Of a DNA stretch of 30,543 bases, positions 9,251 to 18,509 are shown in pieces. Both the position numbers and the translations under genes were made by a program. Every line of letters starts with the position of its first letter. Position 1 is the first letter of the stretch. The notes beneath the pieces are model-generated. The model searched no databases. It saw nothing but the letters and a program-made list of their open reading frames with translations, and was not told the origin of the DNA. Origin of the DNA: a virus (Duplodnaviria > Caudoviricetes); the IMG/VR virus record IMGVR_UViG_3300025653_000168, positions 1-30,543 of that record. One strand, written 5' to 3'.

Positions 9251-12200
9251 TAAAATTTACCTACACAATCTACAACAGAAATAATATTTTGACCTGGTGG
9301 AATCTCATCTTCAAGAAGATCTCCAATTCTACATACTGAAAATACTGGAATAAGTTCGGCATTGTATCCAGTCTCACTATCTATAAAGATTTCGGGAACA
9401 TCTGTGAAACCTTCAGAATTCTTGACAATATTAACTTTTGCTAAAGAACCATTTTCATCAAATACTGGTTCCAAAACTGCTCCATAATTGGGTTCCATAA
9501 CAATTTTATCTTCGGGACTATAATCAAATCCAGAACTCTTAATATAAATTTCATCCAAACATAAGATAATCGGATATTGTCCATTACCAGCAGTTGCAAA
9601 TTGTAAAGGAATGTCATCAATATCTGGAAGTTCTGGAGCAGTAATTTCTGCTTCATTTGAAACTTTATAAAAAATTCCTCCTGGAATATTTTCTAAAATA
9701 TTTCCATTAGTATCAAATATCTTCTCAGAAGTTCCTACAGGAAGAAATACTTCATCTCCTGGATTTAACTTGACAATTTGACCAGGATTGTATGGTCTAT
9801 CATAATCAAAATTTTCTCTTCTTACAGAAGTTTGGTCCTTAGTTTTCCAAATTCTTCCATCACCACCCTCATCGCCATCGGAATTGGATAAATATCCTTC
9901 TCCTGGTTCAAGAATTATAACTTTTGCAACTCCTCCAGGTGATGCCGTATCCTTATCTAACAATTCTAAAGTGGGACCTTGAACCTTTTCGATTCTAATT
10001 GTTGCTCCACTCCCATCATCAATTGTTAAAATATCCCCAACTTGATAACCTTCTCCAGGATCAAATATTTGAACAGAAACTATAGAACCATCAATAATTT
10101 CTTCTGGATCAGTTTCATTTCCTTGATATTCGGCAGTAACTTCTTTTTCTTGATATGCAATAACAAATTCTCCACTAGCACTATTGGCAGCGGAGTCGCC
10201 AACAGTTATTCTAGTTCCATCCATAGTAACTATTCTTCCACCAAATGCTCCTGCTTTAACTGGTTCTCCTCCAGTAGCACCTGCTTTAATTTCTTTTATA
10301 CCTGAAGTTAATTTGACATTACTTACTTCACTAACAACGGGAATACCTCCCGTTCCCCCTGCAGTAACTTGAAGTTCTCCTGCAAATACCGGAGTTCCTC
10401 CAGTACCTCCAACAGTTAAAGTTTTTGTTGGAACATTTACAACATCGCTACTTGGATTTGCATTTATGAATCTTGAGATTAATGATACATCAACACCACC
10501 AACAACTCCATTATCACTTATGTCAAGTGCACCTGTTCCACCTTCAGTATGAATACCGATATGTGATAATATTTCTGCATTAGTTGTTCTTGTTGCTCCA
10601 GAAGGAAAAGTAATAAAACTAAAGTCTGTAACACCTGCAGAATAAGCTAGAATTAATGTGGAATCAGTATTTGTAATAAATCCATCACCATCAATATCAA
10701 TAGCATCAAAATTATTCACAATTCTATCATAATCAGTTTTTGGTAGATTTGGTGGTCGTGTAAATTCTGGTGCTCCAATTTGTATTGGAACTCCTCCTGC
10801 AGTTAATTTAACACCTTCAACAATTCTTATTGTTCTATTTTTATTAATATCTGGTGCAGGTGGTTGTGCAATATCGGCAATAATACCTCCCAATGTTGCA
10901 TCAATAGTAGTTTCTATATTGACAGTTAATCCTTCACCAGTTCCTCCTGTAGTAGGAACATCAGAACCATCAGAATAACCTGTTCCAGGAGAAAGTAATA
11001 CAACTTCTATAGGAGTACCAGTAAATCCATCATTTCCCGCAGAAGGAACTTGACCACCAACTCCAGTCTGACCAATTGACTGATCTGTTGGAGTTGTTTG
11101 AATTTCTGGAAGTGTTATTGGTTGCCCATTACTTAAACCTGACGCGGAACCAGTTAATAATGTTGAAGCATCTATGATACTAGAATCTAAACCAAGACCT
11201 GAACCTTGTCCTCCTCCATTATAATTATTAAGAACAACCTTTGCAAGAGCACCTCTACCCTTTCCACAAGGATCTCCAATACTGATAAAAGGTGTTTCTG
11301 TATATCCAGAACCAGAACTTAAAATATCAACTCCAATAACTCTTCCAGTTTGACTTACAATAGCATTTGCCGCAGCACCTACGCCCCCTCCACCAAAAAA
11401 TGAAACAGTTGGAGGTCCACAAGGAACTGGACCAACTCCACATCCATTTCCATCAAATAAATCCTCAAATCCAATATCTGAAACCAATCCTCCAACATCT
11501 CCAACTACACCAGTAACTTCATCAACAACTCCGACACCAGATGCAGCAGCATTTAAAAATTGACCAGTTAATCCTTTACCTGCCTTTTTTGCCTGCCTAA
11601 TAATTTTCTTTAAACTTACAGCACCTCCTCCATTATTTCCAGCTCCATCCCAAATACTCCATACATCAACAACAGGTTTTTTCATCTTAGTTTCACAGAA
11701 AGAGAAACCAAGGATACCTTTTACAGTATCAAAAATTTCTCCAATTGCATTAAATCCAAGAGATATTCCTCCAGCAACTCCTTTAATCAAACTTGTCAAA
11801 GAGTTTAGGGGTTTAAATATTGCATTCAGTGCCCCAGAAATTACTCCAGTAATTTTTCCTAAAAAACCACCTACAAAATTTTCAAGAAGACATTGTGTGA
11901 CATTAACTACTTTTTTTGCAATATTTTTTAAAAATTTTCCAGTTAATTTTGCAATTCCATTCAATACTTTATTGAAAAGACAAGAAATGCCAAAAAGAAC
12001 CTTATCCTGAGCAGTTTTAACTCTTGGTCTTTCATTTGGCATAAAGAGAAAAGTTAATTTCTTTGAAACGTCATTTGCTCTTTCTATGACATTTTTTCTC
12101 AACTCTTTAATAATCCATTTTACTTTTGCAGATACAAATTTAACTGCTTCATCTAATGCTTTTTGTATCTTATCTTGAAAACGATTTATTAAATCTTTTT

Positions 12201-12942
12201 GCTCGGAACCAAATTTTGAAAGATCTCTAAGAATTAATTCAATTTTTGCAATTAAGTTCTTAATATCTGTTCCTATACCTTTAGCTTGATTTGGTCCCTG
12301 AGATCTTAATTTTGATTGGTGTGTGGTAATTGTTGCTTCACTTCTTTGAGATTCCTCTTGAGCACTCTCTAAATTAGTTGGATTTTCAACTGAAGTGCTT
12401 ATTGTTGGTTGAGGATCTCTTGTTATTCTTCCGGGTGGTTTAGTCTGAAGACCATTTATACGTTCTCTTTTTTCCTTTACAGCATATTGAGCTCTTCTAT
12501 CAAGTTTTTCATAACCATCAAAAGGAAGAAATGGAACTGGGGGAACATTTCTTTGGACAGCAGTGTATGAGTTATATCCAATAACTCCCATAATAACTGG
12601 TTGTTGACCATCTTCACCATCTAAGAAAAATCCAAAGACAAAATTTCCTTGTCGTAATTGTGTGCTTTCTGATGCAGATCCACTACCAGCACCAGCAGTC
12701 ACTGGATACATTACTGTTGCCCAAGGCAAATCATTATCAGGAAGAGACTTGTTGTCTGCAGTATGGTATCCCATAATGCGAACTCTATATCTTTCACCAA
12801 ATCCTTTATGACCATCAGTCGTATTTGTTCTAAATGCAGGAATATTAGTTTTCCAAATTCCTGCATCAACAATTTGTCCTATCCACCAGACAAATCCATC
12901 TCTTCCAACAAATTGTTTCTTAAACAGTTCGTGTTCAATCAT
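9250..12942 (-). CDS. gp5: baseplate hub / central spike protein gp5 (OB-fold N-terminus, no T4 lysozyme domain recognised)
   Basis: GRDGFVWWIGQI...RYRVRIMGYHT...LPWATVMYPVTAG...FVFGFFLDGEDGQQPVIMG is the Gp5 OB-fold signature; GSGY repeats downstream. Confidence 0.9.
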   Translation of the reverse strand: MIEHELFKKQFVGRDGFVWWIGQIVDAGIWKTNIPAFRTNTTDGHKGFGERYRVRIMGYHTADNKSLPDNDLPWATVMYPVTAGAGSGSASESTQLRQGNFVFGFFLDGEDGQQPVIMGVIGYNSYTAVQRNVPPVPFLPFDGYEKLDRRAQYAVKEKRERINGLQTKPPGRITRDPQPTISTSVENPTNLESAQEESQRSEATITTHQSKLRSQGPNQAKGIGTDIKNLIAKIELILRDLSKFGSEQKDLINRFQDKIQKALDEAVKFVSAKVKWIIKELRKNVIERANDVSKKLTFLFMPNERPRVKTAQDKVLFGISCLFNKVLNGIAKLTGKFLKNIAKKVVNVTQCLLENFVGGFLGKITGVISGALNAIFKPLNSLTSLIKGVAGGISLGFNAIGEIFDTVKGILGFSFCETKMKKPVVDVWSIWDGAGNNGGGAVSLKKIIRQAKKAGKGLTGQFLNAAASGVGVVDEVTGVVGDVGGLVSDIGFEDLFDGNGCGVGPVPCGPPTVSFFGGGGVGAAANAIVSQTGRVIGVDILSSGSGYTETPFISIGDPCGKGRGALAKVVLNNYNGGGQGSGLGLDSSIIDASTLLTGSASGLSNGQPITLPEIQTTPTDQSIGQTGVGGQVPSAGNDGFTGTPIEVVLLSPGTGYSDGSDVPTTGGTGEGLTVNIETTIDATLGGIIADIAQPPAPDINKNRTIRIVEGVKLTAGGVPIQIGAPEFTRPPNLPKTDYDRIVNNFDAIDIDGDGFITNTDSTLILAYSAGVTDFSFITFPSGATRTTNAEILSHIGIHTEGGTGALDISDNGVVGGVDVSLISRFINANPSSDVVNVPTKTLTVGGTGGTPVFAGELQVTAGGTGGIPVVSEVSNVKLTSGIKEIKAGATGGEPVKAGAFGGRIVTMDGTRITVGDSAANSASGEFVIAYQEKEVTAEYQGNETDPEEIIDGSIVSVQIFDPGEGYQVGDILTIDDGSGATIRIEKVQGPTLELLDKDTASPGGVAKVIILEPGEGYLSNSDGDEGGDGRIWKTKDQTSVRRENFDYDRPYNPGQIVKLNPGDEVFLPVGTSEKIFDTNGNILENIPGGIFYKVSNEAEITAPELPDIDDIPLQFATAGNGQYPIILCLDEIYIKSSGFDYSPEDKIVMEPNYGAVLEPVFDENGSLAKVNIVKNSEGFTDVPEIFIDSETGYNAELIPVFSVCRIGDLLEDEIPPGQNIISVVDCVGKF

Positions 12943-13147
12943 CGTAGATTCTGCACTCTAAAGCGTCGGGATTTTCGTCACAATAAAGTTCCAATGGTGT
13001 TGGATCATGATCATCATCTGGATGATTTTCTTTATATTTTTCTAAAGAGTTTAGTTCAGATTTTAAATGTCTAACTCTTTGTCCATTTGTATTTGAATCA
13101 TCCAATTCATCATTAATGCTCTGTATGTGCTGGTTAATTGATTCCAT
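12935..13147 (-). CDS. cp12: CP12 Calvin-cycle inhibitor (auxiliary metabolic gene)
   Basis: 70 aa ending PTPLELYCDENPDALECRIYDD, the CP12 C-terminal Cys-pair motif. Confidence 0.93.
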   Translation of the reverse strand: MESINQHIQSINDELDDSNTNGQRVRHLKSELNSLEKYKENHPDDDHDPTPLELYCDENPDALECRIYDD

Positions 13148-13151
13148 AGTT

Positions 13152-14489
13152 TTAATCTATATTTGATTTGGCGTTAAATGAATCTCTAATTAAAGTCAAA
13201 CTAGTATAAGTATCTTCTGGTGTTATCCTATGACACAAACTAGCAATTAAATATTTTCCTTTTGTCTCCTTATTTGGTCTTTTGTTTTTTCTTTTTGTGA
13301 GGTCTGGAAAATCACACTCAATTATATCACCTGCTCTAAGACTAAAATCACCTGCAATAATAATGTTAGTCTTAATTGTATATAGTTGATTATAACGCAT
13401 GATAGTTTGAACCATCAATTTTGGTGCATCATAATTGGCATACTTTGGATCATCTTTCCATGTTTTCAGTTGTGCATTTGGAGTATTTCCAGATGGCATA
13501 GTTCCATAATCCAAAACAAGATTCATAAGTCTTGAAGGTGCTTCTGTAAATTCATCGGGAACAAATAATACATTTTCTTCTGCGGGTGTTATTCCGTCTT
13601 TTTGATTGAATTTCAAATTATAATTTCTAACTTCATAATCCATTGCATAAAAATCAAAAAATAAACTTCTATTTGCATAAGTCCCCATAGAAACATTTTG
13701 TTGAAGATCAATGTCTCTATCAATATTTACAGACAATATTTTTGATGTATATTCTGTTTTTTCATTTATATTTGGGGCATTTGTATAAACATATCTTTTC
13801 TTATCCTTTGGTTTTTGATTTAATAAAACATCGATTGATTTGAATTTAAATCCATCATAAGTTTCATAGAAAAAATAACCAGCAGCACTATTAATCTTTC
13901 CAGTTTCTTCTGGAACTCCTTTTGTTCCTAGCCAAGTGCACACATAAAATGGTTTTCTGTCATTCCCAATAAAGTTATATGGAATAACTGTCGAATCTGC
14001 ATCAATATCTTTTTTTGTATTTAATCCAGTCTTATCTCTTAGTATCTGTATTACATTATCGGAAATTTTTCCATCATATCTTTTTACAACTCTTGTTTGC
14101 TCATTTGCCAAAAACTCTCTAGTGCATAAGTCAAGAAAAAATACCTCATTTTGCGTCCCTGGATTTGCATTGCTTATTCTGTTTACATAAAAACTTTGAT
14201 CAACAAATGATAATGTATTCTTTGTATCTTGATTATCAGAAAATTCAATAACAACTCTTTCACCACCTCTTATAGGTATTCCATCCAAAAGACCTATCAT
14301 ATTTTTTTTCTCAAATTCTAGTCCACCAGAATCTGCCACAACAACACTCATTGTAATTGAGTTTGATAGTATATTTTCATAATAATTTAATTGGACTATA
14401 GATCCAGCAATATCTCTTTCTTTTCCACCATCAGTTGGAAATACTATGAATTTTTTTATATCTGATGGTAAAATTTGCGGATTAGACAT
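13152..14489 (-). CDS. baseplate hub protein (gp27-like)
   Basis: 445 aa; YYENI..., FFYET.DGF.FKSID, GDFSLRAGDII...GKYLIASLCH motifs typical of hub proteins; lies between the tape-measure-like gene and gp5. Confidence 0.7.
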   Translation of the reverse strand: MSNPQILPSDIKKFIVFPTDGGKERDIAGSIVQLNYYENILSNSITMSVVVADSGGLEFEKKNMIGLLDGIPIRGGERVVIEFSDNQDTKNTLSFVDQSFYVNRISNANPGTQNEVFFLDLCTREFLANEQTRVVKRYDGKISDNVIQILRDKTGLNTKKDIDADSTVIPYNFIGNDRKPFYVCTWLGTKGVPEETGKINSAAGYFFYETYDGFKFKSIDVLLNQKPKDKKRYVYTNAPNINEKTEYTSKILSVNIDRDIDLQQNVSMGTYANRSLFFDFYAMDYEVRNYNLKFNQKDGITPAEENVLFVPDEFTEAPSRLMNLVLDYGTMPSGNTPNAQLKTWKDDPKYANYDAPKLMVQTIMRYNQLYTIKTNIIIAGDFSLRAGDIIECDFPDLTKRKNKRPNKETKGKYLIASLCHRITPEDTYTSLTLIRDSFNAKSNID

Positions 14490-14494
14490 TTAAA

Positions 14495-17400
14495 TTATAT
14501 TTTATAAAATGCGGAAACGATAACTTGCTTTAGGGATTTATTGTAAATATCCATATTACTATTTACACCAGCAGACAAACTTCCTCCAGACTTATTAACT
14601 CTACCATTAACGGGAGGTGCTGAAGAACCACCACCTTGTGACATTGGCATCATTATTATATTATTACCGCCACCTTGTTCGTAAGAAGTTTCTTCCATTA
14701 AAGAATCTACATTTCTCTGATTTGCTGGACCATTAATATATCTGCCAGATTCTAATGCATCTAGATATCTTTGCTGAACTCCACTTCCTTCTAAAGCAAC
14801 ATTCCAAGAAACATCATATCCTGAAGATCCTGGAGAAGATGGTGAACCTGGAGAAGATGGTGAACCTGGAGAAGATGGTGAACCTGGAGAAGATGGTGAA
14901 CCTGGAGAAGATGGTGAACCTGGAGAAGATGAAGAATCGGGAGAAGAAGATGCAATACTTGGATCTGGTTGATCTGGTTGAATATTTCCTCCAAATGGGG
15001 AATCAATTCCATATCTTGAAAGTGGATTAAATCTTGAAAGAACCGCTGATTTTGATCTTCCAGTATCACTTGGATTTGTTGCAACTTCCCAATGTAGATG
15101 AGGGCCAGAACTTCTACCAGTACTTCCAAGTTCTCCGAGAATAGTTCCTTTTTTGACTTTTTGTCCTTTTTTAACAAATGCTGGTTTATTCATATGAGCA
15201 TAAAAATGACCAACTCCCTGATCATCAATCCAAGATACATAATAACCATATCCATTTGGACGATATCCAGTATCTTCAACAACACCATCAGTAAATGCTT
15301 GCAATGGTTCTCCAGTTGTTCCTGCAATGTCAATTCCCATATGCATACCTGGTGACAATGCAAAATCTCGCATTCCCATACCTGAAGTTAATACTCTCTT
15401 TCCACCTCCCATAATAAATTCTGATACTTTATGCTTCTTTGCAGGACCACCATTTCCATCTCCACCGCCACCCATTGCAGATAATTTTGATTTAATCATA
15501 TCACGGAGTTTTGGTCCACCACTACCAAACTTATCAGCATTAGATAATTTATCCAAATCCCATCTCTGAACTGGTGGTGATAGTATTCCTGCAGGAACTG
15601 CATATCTTTCCCATTCACCGTGAGTTTTGACGTTGCTATCAACACTTGCAGGAGTCCATCCCCATCCCTTAGCTAATTTTGCTGCTTCGGAAGTCATAAC
15701 ATCCAATTGCTTGGATGTTGGCGGTGTCTTCACATCATTTTCACTTGCTCCTGCAGCTGCGGCAACAGCAAGACCAATAGAGTTTGTATTTCCTCCTGCT
15801 GTATGACCACTTTTATCCTGATCATATGGAGTATTTTGCACTCTTTTACCATCACCCAAAATAGTAGTATGATATGCTGAATATGGAGTATTATAGTTCC
15901 CAGCAGACCAATGTAAAAATATTTTTCTACTCTTTGCATTTTTGGGAGAACCAGGTTCTGCGGGACTTCCTGTACTAGAAGTAGATTGGGATGATCTCTT
16001 AGTATCTGGAGATGGAGTACCAGGTGAGGATGGAATTGATACTGCTCCTTTAGCAAGTTGCATTTCCCCACCAGATTTCTTTGCCTTAAAGTTTTTGGCA
16101 ATCAAATCAGTATACGCTGTTCCTTTCGTTCCAAATCCATCAGCGCCAACTTGCCCGGTATTTAACCAGTCCTCTGCCCCACCCATTCCTTGATTGTGTG
16201 CATATCCAAGAATCTGTAGTTTTCTTTCAATACTTGCAGACTTATATTTTGCATTTCTCATCAAATATCGATGATTTGCAATAGTAAAACCAGTAAATAT
16301 AATCTCCTGCAATTCTGGATTATTTCTATACGAAACTCTTACTTGTGCATTTGGATCATTGGAATGTCCAGGGTAAGGAACTCCTGCAATTCTTGATCCG
16401 TCTTTTTTGGCAGCTTCTCCCATTTGATATCTACCATCATAATGCATACCACTCCCTCCGGGAATTTTATAATCTCCCTTAGATTCAATGTAAGCAATAC
16501 TGTTCCTAAAGATATCCCACTGCTCAGCATTAGATCCTATTTCTTTATATAATTCCGAAGCAGCAACGGCACCGCCAGCAACAACAGTACCTCCAGCACC
16601 TCTAGTACCTCCAGTACCTCCAGTAGTGCCTTCAGTACCAGATGGAGATCCTGTCTCCGAAGAAACTGTTGGGTCCTTTAAATCCAATTCCAAAGTCCCA
16701 GTCGTTTCGTAATTGTTGTTTATCGAAACTCTAGTTAATTCATTAAATATTGATGTTTTTGCCCAGTTAGTTACATTTTCTGTAAGCGGTTCTACAAGTC
16801 TCTTATTAAATCCAAAAACATCACTTTCTGATAATGATTTTCCTACTGAAGATCCGATTTGTTTTGCTGCATTATCTGTTCTTGTTTTGCTTATTTTTTG
16901 ACCCAATCCAGCATCAAGACCGATTTGCATCAATTCTCCAACAAAAGAACTACTGCCCAGTTTGTTTCTAATTTCATTATAATTTTCATAAGTTTTTTCA
17001 TCTTTAAAAATATTTTTCTTAGCACTACTTTCAATTGATGGAGAAACTTTGGAGTTTATTGTAGAAACTGTTCCTGGAGATGAAGTTGAACTATTTCTAC
17101 GAACTCCAAATGTGCTTCCTTGACCAATTCTACCTGCAGCATACTTTTGCTCAACAGGTGCTTCTTTATCTGCCGCATCCTGGAGACCAATTAACTTGGA
17201 ATAAATTGCCTTTCCTGCCCAATCTCCAATAGCACCCCCAACAACACCTCCAACCCAAGTTCCAACAACTGGAATAGGAATTAAACCAGTTCCTATTGCA
17301 CCACCAATTGCTGTCCCTAAAGATGCTCCAGCTGCTCCAGCAATTGCCTTATCGAGTCTTTCACCCATTGCAAGGTCAATACCAATTCCAATGAGTGCGC

Positions 17401-18496
17401 CAACAAAAGGAACCTTTTTAAATAATTTTGAAATAAATTTAAATCTCTTTATAATACCTGCTGCTTTTCCAGCTGCTTTTGCGGCAACGCCCCCTGCTTT
17501 GACAGCACCACCAACAACCTTTCCGGCAACTTTAGCAGCACCTTTAACAACAGGAGTAGCTGCTTTTACTGCACCTGGAACAACTTTTTTTGCTAATTTT
17601 AAAGCAAGACCTGCTGCACCTTTGATAAGATTAAAAATTCTTTTTCCGGCAAAACCAAGAACTTTTTTTACAATAGAACCAGCTTTCTTTATAAGAGGTG
17701 CTGCAAACTTTAATATCTTTCTTCCAAGATTAAAAACAAATCTAATTTGTTTTCTGAAAAGAACACTTGCACTAATAATTGCAAGTCTAACTCTTTGCCA
17801 GACATTAGTTAATCCATCTGCAATCTCCTCAAACATTTTGAGTATCTGAGGAACATACCTAAGCAAATACATTGCCAGAGATCCCAATAATACATTGGTG
17901 ATATAACCCCAGACAAGATCAAGAAAACCTGGACCCTTTATACCTTTTATTGATTTTGGTTTTTTAGTTTTTTCTTTAGTTGCTTCTAAATTATCTTCTT
18001 TATCTTTTCTTTTTGAAAACTCCTGTGCTCTTCTTCTATTTTTCTGAGCATCCAAAAATCTAGATAAATTGCTACTAGAAATTTTCTTTATAGTAATTAA
18101 ATTATTCTTTATTTTTGTAAGTTCATCTATTAATTCTGAACCATCAAATTTCTTTTGATCGGATGAAGGTTCCTCTTTGTCAATTAAAGATAATTTTTTA
18201 ACGTCAATTCTTTTAGTTTGGACTATGGGTCCGCCAGAGCCTCCACCTCCTCCGGATCCACCACCAAAAAATCCTCCAGAACCTCCACCACCATCGCCAG
18301 AATCTCGTTTTACTAATCCACCATCTTTACCATCTTTATCTTTATTTTTATTTTGTATAAATGACTGTGCCTTTTTCTTTGCAATATCTTTGACCTTTTC
18401 TTTAGCAAAATTTTTAGCAGCAGTTTTTGCACCTTGTTTCAAACCTTGAGATGCCATTACTCTTCCTGCTGCCATTAGTGCTGCTGGTATTGCCAT
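14495..18496 (-). CDS. tape-measure-like virion protein with lytic transglycosylase/lysozyme-like, amidase_2 and M23 peptidase domains
   Basis: 1333 aa; basic amphipathic helical N-half with a Gly-zipper; IES..GRYQ..AHNQG; LHWSAG..YH..HT.G.NTNSIG..THGE; HMGID..YAH..GPHLHWE. Confidence 0.85.
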   Translation of the reverse strand: MAIPAALMAAGRVMASQGLKQGAKTAAKNFAKEKVKDIAKKKAQSFIQNKNKDKDGKDGGLVKRDSGDGGGGSGGFFGGGSGGGGGSGGPIVQTKRIDVKKLSLIDKEEPSSDQKKFDGSELIDELTKIKNNLITIKKISSSNLSRFLDAQKNRRRAQEFSKRKDKEDNLEATKEKTKKPKSIKGIKGPGFLDLVWGYITNVLLGSLAMYLLRYVPQILKMFEEIADGLTNVWQRVRLAIISASVLFRKQIRFVFNLGRKILKFAAPLIKKAGSIVKKVLGFAGKRIFNLIKGAAGLALKLAKKVVPGAVKAATPVVKGAAKVAGKVVGGAVKAGGVAAKAAGKAAGIIKRFKFISKLFKKVPFVGALIGIGIDLAMGERLDKAIAGAAGASLGTAIGGAIGTGLIPIPVVGTWVGGVVGGAIGDWAGKAIYSKLIGLQDAADKEAPVEQKYAAGRIGQGSTFGVRRNSSTSSPGTVSTINSKVSPSIESSAKKNIFKDEKTYENYNEIRNKLGSSSFVGELMQIGLDAGLGQKISKTRTDNAAKQIGSSVGKSLSESDVFGFNKRLVEPLTENVTNWAKTSIFNELTRVSINNNYETTGTLELDLKDPTVSSETGSPSGTEGTTGGTGGTRGAGGTVVAGGAVAASELYKEIGSNAEQWDIFRNSIAYIESKGDYKIPGGSGMHYDGRYQMGEAAKKDGSRIAGVPYPGHSNDPNAQVRVSYRNNPELQEIIFTGFTIANHRYLMRNAKYKSASIERKLQILGYAHNQGMGGAEDWLNTGQVGADGFGTKGTAYTDLIAKNFKAKKSGGEMQLAKGAVSIPSSPGTPSPDTKRSSQSTSSTGSPAEPGSPKNAKSRKIFLHWSAGNYNTPYSAYHTTILGDGKRVQNTPYDQDKSGHTAGGNTNSIGLAVAAAAGASENDVKTPPTSKQLDVMTSEAAKLAKGWGWTPASVDSNVKTHGEWERYAVPAGILSPPVQRWDLDKLSNADKFGSGGPKLRDMIKSKLSAMGGGGDGNGGPAKKHKVSEFIMGGGKRVLTSGMGMRDFALSPGMHMGIDIAGTTGEPLQAFTDGVVEDTGYRPNGYGYYVSWIDDQGVGHFYAHMNKPAFVKKGQKVKKGTILGELGSTGRSSGPHLHWEVATNPSDTGRSKSAVLSRFNPLSRYGIDSPFGGNIQPDQPDPSIASSSPDSSSSPGSPSSPGSPSSPGSPSSPGSPSSPGSPSSPGSSGYDVSWNVALEGSGVQQRYLDALESGRYINGPANQRNVDSLMEETSYEQGGGNNIIMMPMSQGGGSSAPPVNGRVNKSGGSLSAGVNSNMDIYNKSLKQVIVSAFYKI
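14726..14824. repeat. dispersed 99-bp repeat, copy 1 (copy 2 at 19589-19687)
   Basis: 94/99 nt identical by manual alignment; encodes SGYDVSWNVALEGSGVQQRYLDALESGRYINGP. Confidence 0.95.
14829..14931. repeat. 18-bp perfect tandem repeat (5 full units plus a partial) encoding an SSPGSP linker
   Basis: CCTGGAGAAGATGGTGAA repeated. Confidence 0.97.
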
Positions 18497-18509
18497 TTAT
18501 AATTCCTCC

